This document shows positions 51,750-62,560 of a stretch of 64,000 bases of DNA, piece after piece. The notes under the pieces were generated by a model. It did not search any database and was not told the DNA's origin. It saw only the letters and a list, made by a program, of their open reading frames with translations. Numbering within the stretch: position 1 is the first letter of the stretch; each line of letters starts with the position of its first letter. The stretch is from Thermoplasmata archaeon (lineage in GTDB: Archaea; Thermoplasmatota; Thermoplasmata; Thermoplasmatales; ARK-15). The position numbers and the translations under genes are program-made. The stretch lies in contig JBAMMA010000017.1 of the NCBI GenBank assembly GCA_039794005.1, positions 124,837 to 188,836 on the forward strand, in the 5' to 3' direction.

Positions 51750-52949
51750 TTAAATTATATTTATTAACTGATATACTATGGGAGATCCTATGCCTGTTAC
51801 TTCATCGTATCCTGTTGTTGCATAATAGTATCCATTATATCCGACAGTAATATCATGGAATGCTATTGAATAGTTTGCGCTGCTGTATATGTTATATAAA
51901 ATATTATGAACATTCTGTCCGTTAATTGTAGTTGTCCCCTTTATTGATTGAATATCTGCGAATATTGCAGCCCACTGTGGTGCCGCTGCACTTGTTCCAC
52001 CTACCACAGCCCATCCATCTATTCCTTGATATGGCGTTGTATCATAAACCCATACCCCTGTATTTGGGTTTGCATCATATGAAACATCAGGAACGCCTCT
52101 ACCAGGTAATGATATACCAGCATTTTTCTGGTATGAAGGCTCTGCGAAGTATTTGCTTATTCCTCCTCCAGAGTCGTTCCATGCATATTCTTCTGAATAT
52201 ACGGCATTTGTTGATGAAAGATCTGCTAGATAAAGTGTTGTTCCGCCTGCTCCCACAACATATGGGTCTGCAGATGGATAATCAACAGTGGGTGATGTTG
52301 TACTATCGTTTGCTCCATTATCCCCAGAAGCTCCGACAAGAATAACGCCGTGTTTTGAAGCATATTTAAAAACTGAATCATAACTAAACAGCTGTGAATT
52401 TGTTAGGAGGGATTCTGCCTCTCCCCATGACATTGATATGATGTTTGCATGAGTCACATTAACAGCATAATTAACAGCATCATTTATTAAATATGTGTTT
52501 GATGCTGATGGTGTTTCAATAAGAACGATATTTGCACCCGGTGCCATGGCATGCGCCCATTCCACATCCAACGAGGTTTCCAATGCCCAACCACCATTCT
52601 TTGAAACTTTACCAAAAGGTTGTACAACCGTTAGGTTTATTGGAGGAAGGTTGAAATATTTGTCAAAGTAATTTACGTCATTTACTATTGTTGGACTTCC
52701 ATATGCGTCTATGATTGCTATGGTTATCCCTTTACCATACGAGGCCATATATGTTCCGTTTGAAGTATACTGGTAAGATTTCCATATCTGAATGGGAATA
52801 TATCCCGGATATGTTGTTGGAGTCTTTGTGGTTCCCTTTGCATTCTTATTTGATTTTTCTAAGATATACAGGAAAGGAATTGCATTTACACTGTAATGGT
52901 CTGATGTTATGGAATAGGTCAGGGATGTTATCGAAAAGAAAATTAGCAT
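51750..52949 (-). CDS. sedolisin/kumamolisin (S53) peptidase without a large prodomain
   Basis: ETSLDVE, SGDNG, RGVPDVS, GGTSAAAP, GYDEVTGIG; full signal peptide likely starts at out-of-frame ATG 52987. Confidence 0.88.
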   Translation of the reverse strand: MLIFFSITSLTYSITSDHYSVNAIPFLYILEKSNKNAKGTTKTPTTYPGYIPIQIWKSYQYTSNGTYMASYGKGITIAIIDAYGSPTIVNDVNYFDKYFNLPPINLTVVQPFGKVSKNGGWALETSLDVEWAHAMAPGANIVLIETPSASNTYLINDAVNYAVNVTHANIISMSWGEAESLLTNSQLFSYDSVFKYASKHGVILVGASGDNGANDSTTSPTVDYPSADPYVVGAGGTTLYLADLSSTNAVYSEEYAWNDSGGGISKYFAEPSYQKNAGISLPGRGVPDVSYDANPNTGVWVYDTTPYQGIDGWAVVGGTSAAAPQWAAIFADIQSIKGTTTINGQNVHNILYNIYSSANYSIAFHDITVGYNGYYYATTGYDEVTGIGSPIVYQLINII

Positions 52950-53294
52950 TGAAAAAATCGATAATACTAGGCCTTTTTAAAAAACATATTGTACATATGA
53001 TAACAAATGTCATAGAAATATTTTAATATTTTTAATTTAAAATTTTATCCCTAACTCTTTATTTTTTTACGTAATATTTCTAGACTTATCGATAAATCCT
53101 GAACTAATTTTTTTGTCTTCACTGAATATCTCCTAAATTTTATAATCTTAAATTTGTAAATCTTATTCCGGATAATATTAACAAAATATCTAGCACACCA
53201 TATTTCCATCCAATATATTCAGCATTTAGAAATATAGGTATAACGATAAAAGATTTAGAAACATATATAATGATATTTTATCTCCTAAATATGT

Positions 53295-53640
53295 TAATTT
53301 GTCAATAAGTTTGTGTAAGGTAAAGGATACTTCATATCAAACATTCTCATCATATTATCCTTACATATATTGAATTCAGGAAGATATCCCCTCTATATTT
53401 ATTATTTTCCCCAATGATCCTCAGGTATATAATCTATCTAGCAGATCCTTCATCCAACAGAGAATCTATTATCTTTATTCTTCTTCTGATCTCTTTGTTC
53501 AACAGTTCTATCATATTCGTAGATCTTATAGCTTTTCTCACCGTTTCAGATTATTTTTAGTATTTCAGGTGAAGACCCAGTATTGTTTCTATTTTGTATA
53601 CTTGCTTATGACTTTGCCAAGGAGGTATCCTTTCCTTTTA
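53295..53640 (-). mobile_element. IS256-family remnant (degraded transposase C-terminus plus terminal inverted repeat)
   Basis: Minus strand ETVRKAIRSTNMIELLNKEIRRRIKIIDSL...IIYLR with stops; TTACACAAACTTATTGAC end at ~53301-53318 resembles IS256-type IR; 5' limit approximate. Confidence 0.8.
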
Positions 53641-53741
53641 CCAAAATTTACGGATTTAAGGTTGAATGCTATTTTATTGTTAATTTTTTGCAAATCAATT
53701 AACCTAGCTTTTCTTTAAAATGTTCTAAAATTTGGAATATC

Positions 53742-55279
53742 TTATAAATAAAGAAAATTTTTTGATTCATCTCTTATCTTATCTGAAATACCAAATATTC
53801 CTATTACCTTTGAATTATAGGCTACGATTATAAATGCTTTTCCTTTTACCTCAATATCTTTTATTAAATCTTGATAATTGAAATCAATTCCTTCATTTCC
53901 TATCATATTCAGGTTACCAACAATTATCGTATTCTTATTATAAATGGCCTTAACACCCATTCCGGGTATATACTGAAAACTTTCAGGAAATTCTATTTTT
54001 CCCCACGAACTTCATTTATGATTGCTTTTCCAAATAAATGTTCACCTTGTATTTCAGCTATAGCAGCCAATTTTAAAACATCTTTTTTTGAAAAATCGTT
54101 GAATGTGGATATATCTGTAATTTCCGGTTTTCCCACGGTCAATGTACCTGTTTTGTCAAGGATAACCGTATCTATCTTGCCTGCATTCTCAATGCTTTCA
54201 CCATTTTTAAATATTATACCGTTTACTGCAGCTTTACCTGATGAAACTATCAAAGCTGCGGGATTGGCAATACTGAGTGCATATGGACATGCAATTATTA
54301 AAACACTTACCAGGACTAAAAGTGAATATGTGAGACCTATATCCCCTATAAAATAACAGAAAAAGAATGAAAAAATTCCCGTTAAAATTACTAAAGGAAC
54401 AAAATATGAAGAAACCTTATCTGCGAGCCCTTGAATTGGAACCCTCTCTGTAGTGGTTTTTTCAACAATGCTTATAATTTCTGAAAGCGTGTTTTCCACA
54501 CTGGTTTTGCTTACCTTTATTTTTACTGGATTAATTATATTTAGAGTACCACCTATCACCGTATCCCCTACCCCTTTTAACACTGGAAGACTTTCTCCGG
54601 TAATCATGGACTCATCGACCTCTGTAATCCCCTCTAAAATTTCGGAATCGGTTGGAAATCTCTCACCGGGTTTAACGAGAAGTATATCATCTTTCTTAAT
54701 TTTATCTACATCGATATCAATTAAACTTCCATCTTTAATGAGATGTGCAACTTTAGGTTGCAATGAAATTAATTTATGAAGGGCATTCGTTGCCTTTTGT
54801 TTCATCATGTTTTCCATAAATGTGCCCGTGAGAACCAGGGAGATTATTAATGAGGATGTATCAAAGTAAATTCCTCAAACAATAAAAAAGATGGAAAAAT
54901 GTCATAATGGCACTGTATAACCCTGCGACCGTAGTACCCATGGCAATGAGTGTATCCATGTTTCCAGTTCTATTTTTATAGAATTCAAAAGGCCTTTATA
55001 AAATCTAAAACCTGGATAAAATTGAATTATTGTTGCCAAAGCAAAAATTACATATTTTGAAAAAATAATATTTGAAAAATATGTTAAAAATAATAACGAT
55101 AATGTTAATGACCAGGATAAAATTAATAAAAATTTCAATTTTTTATATTCATTATCTGGTTTTTCAAACTGTTCTTTACATTTTTCACTACAAAAATAAT
55201 ATTTTTTCCCGTTCCTAATACTCTTAATTGCATTTTCATTTTCTTCCACGTACATCCCGCATACAGGATCTTTTGCCAT
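53742..55279 (-). pseudogene. copA: copper-translocating P1B ATPase (CopA), frameshifted and truncated
   Basis: YHS N-terminus DPVCGM..YFCS; TGES, CPY (for CPC), DKTGT; frameshifts near 54975, 54870-54895 and 53998; no C-terminus. Confidence 0.88.
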
Positions 55280-55280
55280 T

Positions 55281-55442
55281 TTAACATCGATGTGTTTTCT
55301 TTTCTTTTATATATTTTCCAGGATTATTATCAAACTGTTTTTTGCATGTCATGCTGCAAAAATAGTATATTTTTCAATTATATTCGCTTTTGAATTCAGA
55401 ATCCTCTTTTACTTCCATTCCACATACTGGATCCTTTGCCAT
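55281..55442 (-). pseudogene. YHS/TRASH copper chaperone with internal TGA
   Basis: MAKDPVCGMEVKEDSEFKSEYN*KIYYFCSMTCKKQFDNNPGKY; TGA at 55374-55376 replaces the usual Gly. Confidence 0.8.
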
Positions 55443-55636
55443 ATTTTCACCATATTTAAAATAATTAAGTAAAAATTTTTAAAACTATCATTTTACAAAT
55501 GTAAAGATTTTTTAATATAAACTTAAGATTCAATAATCTTTTATTACAAATGTTATACATATAAAAGGTAACAATCTTAAATATCAAGTTCAAAATTAAA
55601 TAACAAAATTGAAATCTTACAACATTTATATCAATC

Positions 55637-56350
55637 ATGGCAAATGAAAAAATCGCAGTAATAACAGGCTCCTCCGGTGGTATAGGCCTGGCCACGGTAA
55701 AACTATTTTTGAAAAATAAAATAAAGGTATATGGGTTGGATATAAATCATACTAAATTAAAAAATAAAAAATTCAGGTTTATAAAATGTGATGTATCTCA
55801 AAGAGAATGTCTTGAAAATATTGAAATTCAGGAAAATATTGATATTATTGTCAATACAGCTGGATTATTATATTATGATCATCAGAAAAGGTTTGAAGAA
55901 ATGATGCGGGTGAATTTTTATGGAACCGTCAATACGATTGAAAGATTTATAGATCATATGAAGAAAAATGGCGGTAAAATCGTAAACGTTGCATCCACCG
56001 GGCCATTATTTTCATCCACAGAAAATATCACAGATTATTCCATAACTAAATCTATGATAATAACATACACAAGGAGACTTGCCTATGAACTTGGAAAATA
56101 TGGTATAAATGTTAATGCTGTGGCACCGGGATTCATTGAAACGGGAATGACAAAAAATAATATGGATGAAATTTCATGGAAAAATAAAAGGGATGAAATC
56201 AGCAAGAAAACCGTTCTTAAAAGGATAGGATACCCTGAAGATGTTGCAGGTGTAATTCTGTTTTTATCATCCAGTTATTCAGATTACATTACAGGTCAGG
56301 TTATTGTTGTGGATGGGGGTAGAATGGATTATTTCACCCATTCACTGTAA
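55637..56350 (+). CDS. short-chain dehydrogenase/reductase
   Basis: TGSSGGIG, YSITK, VAPGFIET, YITGQVIVVDGG. Confidence 0.92.
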   Translation: MANEKIAVITGSSGGIGLATVKLFLKNKIKVYGLDINHTKLKNKKFRFIKCDVSQRECLENIEIQENIDIIVNTAGLLYYDHQKRFEEMMRVNFYGTVNTIERFIDHMKKNGGKIVNVASTGPLFSSTENITDYSITKSMIITYTRRLAYELGKYGINVNAVAPGFIETGMTKNNMDEISWKNKRDEISKKTVLKRIGYPEDVAGVILFLSSSYSDYITGQVIVVDGGRMDYFTHSL

Positions 56351-56389
56351 AAACTTTAATAGAATGATTAAATATTTATTTTAGGTGAT

Positions 56390-57526
56390 TTGATGATAGC
56401 ATTTCTTCCCCCTGAGATTGAAGAATTCAGAAACAGGATAAGGAAATTCTGTGAATCCTCACTTGAAAAAAATGCACAGAGATGGGATGAAAACGAAGAA
56501 TATCCATTCGAATCCCTTAGGGCAATGGCAGAGGAGGGAATCCTAGGTCTTGGAATTCCAGAAGAATACGGAGGACAGGGAACAAACAGATTAAAATTGG
56601 TGATAGCAATTGAAGAAGTTGCCAGGGTAGATCCCAACAGCGCATTTATATTGGAAGTTGAAAGCCTATTCAATCAAACTTTGGTCATGCATGGAACCCA
56701 TGAGCAAAAGCTCATTTTAAAAGACATAGCATCCGGAAAGAAAATTGGAACGTTTGCTTTGACTGAGCCAACAGGCGGTACAGATGTGGCAGGAATAAAG
56801 AGCGTTGCAAAAAAGGAGAACGGAAAATATTACATCACAGGATCAAAATTTTTCATTACAAGTGCGATGGTGGCATCATATTTTATAATTTTTGCAAAGA
56901 CCGCACCAGAATTAAAGGGAAAGGGTATAACAGCATTTCTTGTTGAAAAAGATACCCCAAATTTAAGGATAGGTCCTCCAATCAGGTTGACAGGTTTTAG
57001 GGGGTCAGCCATAGGCGGAATCAGATATAATAATATGCCTGTTGATGAAAAAAATGTTATTGGGAAAGAGAACGAAGGTATTAAGGTGGCTTTGTCAACG
57101 CTTGAGAAGGGGAGGGTCAATATTTCATCACTTGCATTGGGAATGTTGCAGAGAGTATACGAAGAATCGGTCAAATTTGCTTCAACAAGGAAAAGCATGG
57201 ATCAGCCAATAATCAATTATCAATATATACAGCAATATTTGACAGACATGTTGAAGGATCTGGAAGCATCCAGATTAATGGTTTATAACACTGCAATGCT
57301 AATAGATCAAAATCAAAACGTAGGAATGAATGCGGCAGCTACAAAATTATTTGTGAGCGAAGCGCTGATGAATCATGTTGTAAAATCTGTTGAAATTTTA
57401 GGTGGATATGGATATACACGCGGAACAGTTGTTGAAAGATTGTTCAGAGATGCACATAATACCACAATCAGCCTTGGCACATCAGAGGCTATGAGGATTG
57501 TGCTATCTAAATATTTAAAGATTTAA
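56390..57526 (+). CDS. acyl-CoA dehydrogenase
   Basis: PEEYGG, FALTEPTGGTD, GSKFFIT, LGGYGY, ERLFRDA. Confidence 0.92.
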   Translation: MMIAFLPPEIEEFRNRIRKFCESSLEKNAQRWDENEEYPFESLRAMAEEGILGLGIPEEYGGQGTNRLKLVIAIEEVARVDPNSAFILEVESLFNQTLVMHGTHEQKLILKDIASGKKIGTFALTEPTGGTDVAGIKSVAKKENGKYYITGSKFFITSAMVASYFIIFAKTAPELKGKGITAFLVEKDTPNLRIGPPIRLTGFRGSAIGGIRYNNMPVDEKNVIGKENEGIKVALSTLEKGRVNISSLALGMLQRVYEESVKFASTRKSMDQPIINYQYIQQYLTDMLKDLEASRLMVYNTAMLIDQNQNVGMNAAATKLFVSEALMNHVVKSVEILGGYGYTRGTVVERLFRDAHNTTISLGTSEAMRIVLSKYLKI

Positions 57527-59207
57527 GATATTTATCTTTTATTTTTAATAAATATCTATACATGTTTACCATAAGACATGTAGGTGTGTTTATTTTAATA
57601 TTTCTTGACCAGACTAGTTCATCTTTTTGGTAAATTATAGGGCCGATGTAGTTCCTAGGAAGAATGTTTGCAGAATCATGAGGAACCATGTTTAAGAATT
57701 GTTCAATTATCTTTAACCTTTCAACATCATTCGACAATCCTAAATCGATCTTCATCTTTGCAATCAAATATCCTGCTTCAAGACTAACCTTTCCTATTTC
57801 CTCCCTTGTCAACCAGAACGTTTCGTAGTTCAATGAATCAATCCAGGATTTTGAATTCTCAAGTAAATTGTAATGGTCAATAAGAGTCCTTGCAAATATT
57901 CTATATCCATACTTTTCACCCAGTTCAAAAGCTAAAGAACCTGGATCTACAAATGGCGCTATAGGGGATGTGAATGCATAAATCCATTTATTATAAGTTT
58001 TATAGAACTTTTCCATATATTTTATGTCATTCAATACATCTTCTCTCTTTTGTTCTGATAGTCCGATTGAGAAAAATATGTCCATTTTTCTGGCATTGTG
58101 TTTTTTCGCATATTCAACTGTTTTTTCCAATGCCCTGTTATTATAAAATCTTCCCGCCTTTGCCCTGATATGCTCATTAGAGCTTTCTGGAGAAATTTCA
58201 AATGTGAATTCTGAAACATTCCTTTCTATATTGGTATAATAGCTTTCGGGAGCAGGGTTGAACATTTCAAACATAATTGGTATGTCAATACCATTTTCCT
58301 TTATTTTTGTCAACAATTCCTCCTCATATTTTTTACCAGCCTCATGAATATCTCCTATAATAAACGTTGGTGCTCCCAAATTTTCCTGAATTGATATTAT
58401 ATCTTCTATAACATTATCAACTGGTCTATAACTTAATACTTCTCGGCCATAGAATCTTGAATATGCAAATTTTGACCCTCCACATATCGTACAATTATGA
58501 TGGCACCCTTTTTGAATATACGTCATGCCAGAAGGTGAAATAAACCAATCTGAATATGGCAAGGATGATTTTATATCCATATTTCTTATGCATGTCTTTA
58601 TTAAATATTTATAATTCAACCTAATCTCTGCGATATGTTTAGATGGAGGCTCAATTTCATTTACTTTCACCATGTTGTTTTCCCTGTAGGCAAGATTTGG
58701 TATTTTTGAAAAATCCCCTTTGCCCTGGAAAGCATCTATCAAAAGGGGAATATAAGGTTCTGTTGTATCACCAATCAAAACATAGTCTATATAGTCCAAA
58801 TTTTTGATAATTTCTTGATAATAGTAAGATGCAGACAGGCCACCCAGAAGAACGGCAGAATCTGGATGGTATTTTTTTATGATTTTTGCAATGTTTAAAA
58901 CGCCATGAACGTGCGGCAGCCAATGTAGATCCAAAGCATATATATCAGAATACGTTTTGCTTATTCTCTTTTCCACGTCAAAATTTTTGTCCAATAACAT
59001 CTGAACCGCAATATTTTCTATCTTTGTTTTATATCCCTTCGGGATTATAGTTGAAAGAATGCTTATAAATCCTATTGGATACATTTCAAAAATAGGTGTA
59101 GATGGTATAACATCGCTAACAGGGCCGTAGTTTCTCTCTCTTTTTCTGAAATCGTAAATGGAAGGGGCATGTATTAATACAATATCGTACACGAATAAGA
59201 TTAACAT
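57507..59207 (-). CDS. B12-binding radical SAM protein (TIGR04190/Ta0216-like)
   Basis: HAPSIYDFR, DLHWLPHVHG, GCHHNCTICGGS, PFVDPGS. Confidence 0.85.
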   Translation of the reverse strand: MLILFVYDIVLIHAPSIYDFRKRERNYGPVSDVIPSTPIFEMYPIGFISILSTIIPKGYKTKIENIAVQMLLDKNFDVEKRISKTYSDIYALDLHWLPHVHGVLNIAKIIKKYHPDSAVLLGGLSASYYYQEIIKNLDYIDYVLIGDTTEPYIPLLIDAFQGKGDFSKIPNLAYRENNMVKVNEIEPPSKHIAEIRLNYKYLIKTCIRNMDIKSSLPYSDWFISPSGMTYIQKGCHHNCTICGGSKFAYSRFYGREVLSYRPVDNVIEDIISIQENLGAPTFIIGDIHEAGKKYEEELLTKIKENGIDIPIMFEMFNPAPESYYTNIERNVSEFTFEISPESSNEHIRAKAGRFYNNRALEKTVEYAKKHNARKMDIFFSIGLSEQKREDVLNDIKYMEKFYKTYNKWIYAFTSPIAPFVDPGSLAFELGEKYGYRIFARTLIDHYNLLENSKSWIDSLNYETFWLTREEIGKVSLEAGYLIAKMKIDLGLSNDVERLKIIEQFLNMVPHDSANILPRNYIGPIIYQKDELVWSRNIKINTPTCLMVNMYRYLLKIKDKYLKSLNI

Positions 59208-59321
59208 TTCAAAAATAAATAATTTTACTAAAAATCTGTTAATTTTTATTAAAAAGTCATAATACTAAAGTGTTAAAATTTTAACATTAAATTATATCTT
59301 AAATTAAAATTTTTCAATTTT

Positions 59322-60551
59322 ATGCAAAGGGAAAATTTTATTCTTATTGCTATTTTAGTTATAGCACTATTGGGATTTTTATTTGATGGTTATGATCTTT
59401 TAATCTATTCATACACATTGCCTCAGATCATGTCATATTATAACGCAACACCATTACAAATGGGTCTTGTAGGAACGATAATGCTTTCAGGGACAATTGT
59501 TGGAGCAATAATGTTTGGCCTTGTTTCAGATTTCATAGGTAAAAGGCTTGCATTAATATTAACAATATCATTTTATAGCTTAGCAACAATATTTACAATA
59601 TTTTCTCCCAACATTTTCATATTTGGAATCATGAGATTTTTATCATCGCTTGGAATTGGTGGAGAATGGGGCGTTGGATATTCAATAATTTCAGATTATT
59701 TTAAATCCAGAAAGGGATTGAGCGGAGGTATATTGCAAAGCGGTTTTTCCATAGGTGCTGTTCTGGCTATATTTGTTTCAGTATATTTTGTTTCAAACTA
59801 TGGAATATATGGATGGAAATACGTATTTTTAAGTGGGGGAATTCCTGCATTGTTAATTGTACCAATAAGATTATTTATTCCCAAGGACAATGTAAAGAAA
59901 AATATAAAAAGTAAAATAAAAATTTCAATGGAAACTAAAATTTTCCTATTTTCCTTAATATTAACATTTGGAGAATTTTTCATGGCCTACGCCACAATAA
60001 TCTGGTGGCCGACAGTTTTGGAAAAGATATACAATATTAAACCCAGTCTATTTTCTGAAATATTGATATTTGCAACAATAATTCAAGTTCCAATACTCTT
60101 CTTCATCGGTTATTTGGTAGATATAATCGGAAAGAAGAAGGTGGCATTGACATTTGCAATTTTAACATTTCTGTCTTTGATATTCTGGCTAGAGGCCATG
60201 AAATATTACGGTATACCACCAAAAAACTTATGGACATGGCCGGTCATGGAAGGATACATCCTATTCCAGGCAACTAGTCTTTTCGTAGGAGTTTTTGGAA
60301 TATGGTTTTCCTCAATATTCAATCCAAAAATCAAGGCAACATTATCCAATTTTTCATACATGTTTGGAAGGGGTGTTGGTGGAGGTCTTGCCTCAAGTGC
60401 TGTGGTTTTGTTGATGGAATATACAATGACACCTCTTCAATTTTCAATGATTTATATTGCCATAGTGGGAGCCATAATTGCCATAACAGGAATAATCATG
60501 CTGCCGGAAAAAAGGTCATGGGAAGAAGGAAATCCTTCCCCCGGAAATTAA
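59322..60551 (+). CDS. MFS transporter
   Basis: FDGYD, GLVSDFIGKR, GIGGEWG; about 12 TM. Confidence 0.92.
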   Translation: MQRENFILIAILVIALLGFLFDGYDLLIYSYTLPQIMSYYNATPLQMGLVGTIMLSGTIVGAIMFGLVSDFIGKRLALILTISFYSLATIFTIFSPNIFIFGIMRFLSSLGIGGEWGVGYSIISDYFKSRKGLSGGILQSGFSIGAVLAIFVSVYFVSNYGIYGWKYVFLSGGIPALLIVPIRLFIPKDNVKKNIKSKIKISMETKIFLFSLILTFGEFFMAYATIIWWPTVLEKIYNIKPSLFSEILIFATIIQVPILFFIGYLVDIIGKKKVALTFAILTFLSLIFWLEAMKYYGIPPKNLWTWPVMEGYILFQATSLFVGVFGIWFSSIFNPKIKATLSNFSYMFGRGVGGGLASSAVVLLMEYTMTPLQFSMIYIAIVGAIIAITGIIMLPEKRSWEEGNPSPGN

Positions 60552-61328
60552 ATTTTTTTCCTTTGCCATTTCATACACTTTTTTTATGGAATTTATACCT
60601 TCATCCCCCATGTCAACAGTTAAATCATTAACATACTTCAAAGCAAATTTTTTTATTATTTCTCTACTATTATCCCTAGAATATTTCATTGCAAAATCTA
60701 ATGCTTCTTCAACGTTATTCAAAGAATATTCAACGCTTTTTTTTATTAAATTGTAAATTTTATTTTTAATTTCATAATTTAAATCATTTCTAATCACATT
60801 TATACCTAGGGGTAGAATTTTGAAGCCAGTTGCCTTTTCCCATTCATCATAAAGTGATGAAAACAATTTTAGATTATATTTTTTGTAAACGTCTTGCCCT
60901 TCATGGATTAGAAGGCCATAATCAGCATGGCCTGCCAGAATTTCATCGATTATTTTATCAAACCTTATTTCAATTTCTCTTTTAAATCTATAAAAAAGCT
61001 TATAAATTATATAAGAGGTTGTTAATCTCCCAGGAATTGCAATTATCTTATTTTCATCGTATTTTTCCATATTTTTTGTTACGATAACAGGGCCATATCC
61101 TTTTCCGAAACTTCCACCTACCCTCATTATGCTGTAATTTTTTAATAAAAAAGATGCATATACACTTGCAGCGCTTACATCAATATTATTTTCAAACAAT
61201 TTTTTGTTTAATGTTTGAATATCATCCACACAAAATTCAATATTCAAATCATGACTTATTTTTCCAGTTTCTAAGGCGTAAAACATGAATGCGTCATCTG
61301 CATCTGGGGTATGGCATATCTTTATCAT
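60516..61328 (-). CDS. mqnD: 1,4-dihydroxy-6-naphthoate synthase (futalosine pathway)
   Basis: HTPDADDAFMF, DIQTLN, GYGP, LLIHEG, LPLG, YVN. Confidence 0.88.
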   Translation of the reverse strand: MIKICHTPDADDAFMFYALETGKISHDLNIEFCVDDIQTLNKKLFENNIDVSAASVYASFLLKNYSIMRVGGSFGKGYGPVIVTKNMEKYDENKIIAIPGRLTTSYIIYKLFYRFKREIEIRFDKIIDEILAGHADYGLLIHEGQDVYKKYNLKLFSSLYDEWEKATGFKILPLGINVIRNDLNYEIKNKIYNLIKKSVEYSLNNVEEALDFAMKYSRDNSREIIKKFALKYVNDLTVDMGDEGINSIKKVYEMAKEKNLISGGRISFFP

Positions 61329-61462
61329 AACGTTTTAAAAAATTGAATATTAAAAAAAATTTTTGTTAAATTTTAAACATTTATTTTGAAATAATATATA
61401 TGGGAAAGGTATACACGTCAATTTTATATATTTGAATATTAAATATCACATAAGGTGAAATT

Positions 61463-62554
61463 ATGTCTCCCAATCTTCAAGTTAAAGACCAGAAAATATT
61501 TCCAAATGGAGGAAATACTGAATTAAGCGAGGAAGATAAAGATCTTTTAGAAATATTAAAAGGAATGAGAACTGTAATAAAGATAATAGGCTGCGGTGGC
61601 GGAGGTTCTAATACTATAACAAGATTAATGGAGGAGGGAATTGTCGGTGCTGAGCTAATAGCGGCCAATACTGATGCTCAACATCTTTTAATAACTAAGG
61701 CGCAGAAGAAAATATTGTTGGGTAAAAGATTGTTAAGGGGTTTTGGTGCTGGGGCTATTCCAAACGTTGGAGAGGAGGCCGCAAAAGAGGCTGAGGAAAA
61801 TATAAAAGAGGCATTAAGAGGTTCGGATATCGTTTTCATTACATGTGGCCTGGGTGGTGGTACGGGTACAGGTTCAGCCCCGGTTGTAGCAAAGATAGCA
61901 AAAGAACTTGGAGCTTTGACAATAGCTGTATGTACTTTGCCATTTTCATCTGAAGGAAAATTGAGAATGGAAAATGCCGTTTATGGACTTGATAAATTGA
62001 GGTTGCATGCAGATACAGTCATTACGATACCAAATGACAAATTGTTGCAAATAGCCCCAAGGATGCCACTTAATTCTGCTTTTAGATTGGCAGACACAGT
62101 GTTGATGAGGGCAATAAAGGGATTAACTGAAATGATCACAAAACCAGGCATAGTAAATCTTGATTTCAATGATCTTAGAACAATAATGAAGGAGGGAGGA
62201 GTGGCTATGATCGGAGTAGGTGAAAGTTCTTCAGCAGGAGATGCAAAGGCAAGGGAGGCCCTGGAAACTGCAATCAATTCACCTCTGCTTGAGGTCGATA
62301 TTTCAACAGCCACCGGCGTGTTGATACATGTTATTGGAGGCCCTGAGATGAGCGTTAGTGAAGCCCAGTTGATTGTCTCAGAGATACATAAAAAGGTAGG
62401 AGATAAGGCCAGAATCATATGGGGTGCTGCGGTTGATCCAGAATATGAAGGAAAGATAAACGTAATGATCGTTGCAACAGGTGTTAAATCAAATCAAATA
62501 ATGGGTAAAATTTCTCCGGAAGATATAAATAAGAGTATTGATAAAATAAAATGA
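61463..62554 (+). CDS. ftsZ: cell division protein FtsZ
   Basis: [23 protein letters not shown]. Confidence 0.97.
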   Translation: MSPNLQVKDQKIFPNGGNTELSEEDKDLLEILKGMRTVIKIIGCGGGGSNTITRLMEEGIVGAELIAANTDAQHLLITKAQKKILLGKRLLRGFGAGAIPNVGEEAAKEAEENIKEALRGSDIVFITCGLGGGTGTGSAPVVAKIAKELGALTIAVCTLPFSSEGKLRMENAVYGLDKLRLHADTVITIPNDKLLQIAPRMPLNSAFRLADTVLMRAIKGLTEMITKPGIVNLDFNDLRTIMKEGGVAMIGVGESSSAGDAKAREALETAINSPLLEVDISTATGVLIHVIGGPEMSVSEAQLIVSEIHKKVGDKARIIWGAAVDPEYEGKINVMIVATGVKSNQIMGKISPEDINKSIDKIK

Positions 62555-62560
62555 TAGTTT

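Noticed and set aside
52970-52990. Programmed -1 frameshift at the sedolisin start
   Set aside because: No in-frame X XXY YYZ heptamer and no obvious downstream structure; a plain indel is simpler.
53040-53280. Short hydrophobic minus-strand fragment (SFIVIPIFLNAEYIGWKYG...)
   Set aside because: Possibly the remains of a membrane-protein gene next to the IS end, but too short to assign.
55374-55376. In-frame TGA in the YHS gene as selenocysteine
   Set aside because: The position is normally Gly (GGA->TGA), not Cys, and the neighbouring copA is also decayed.
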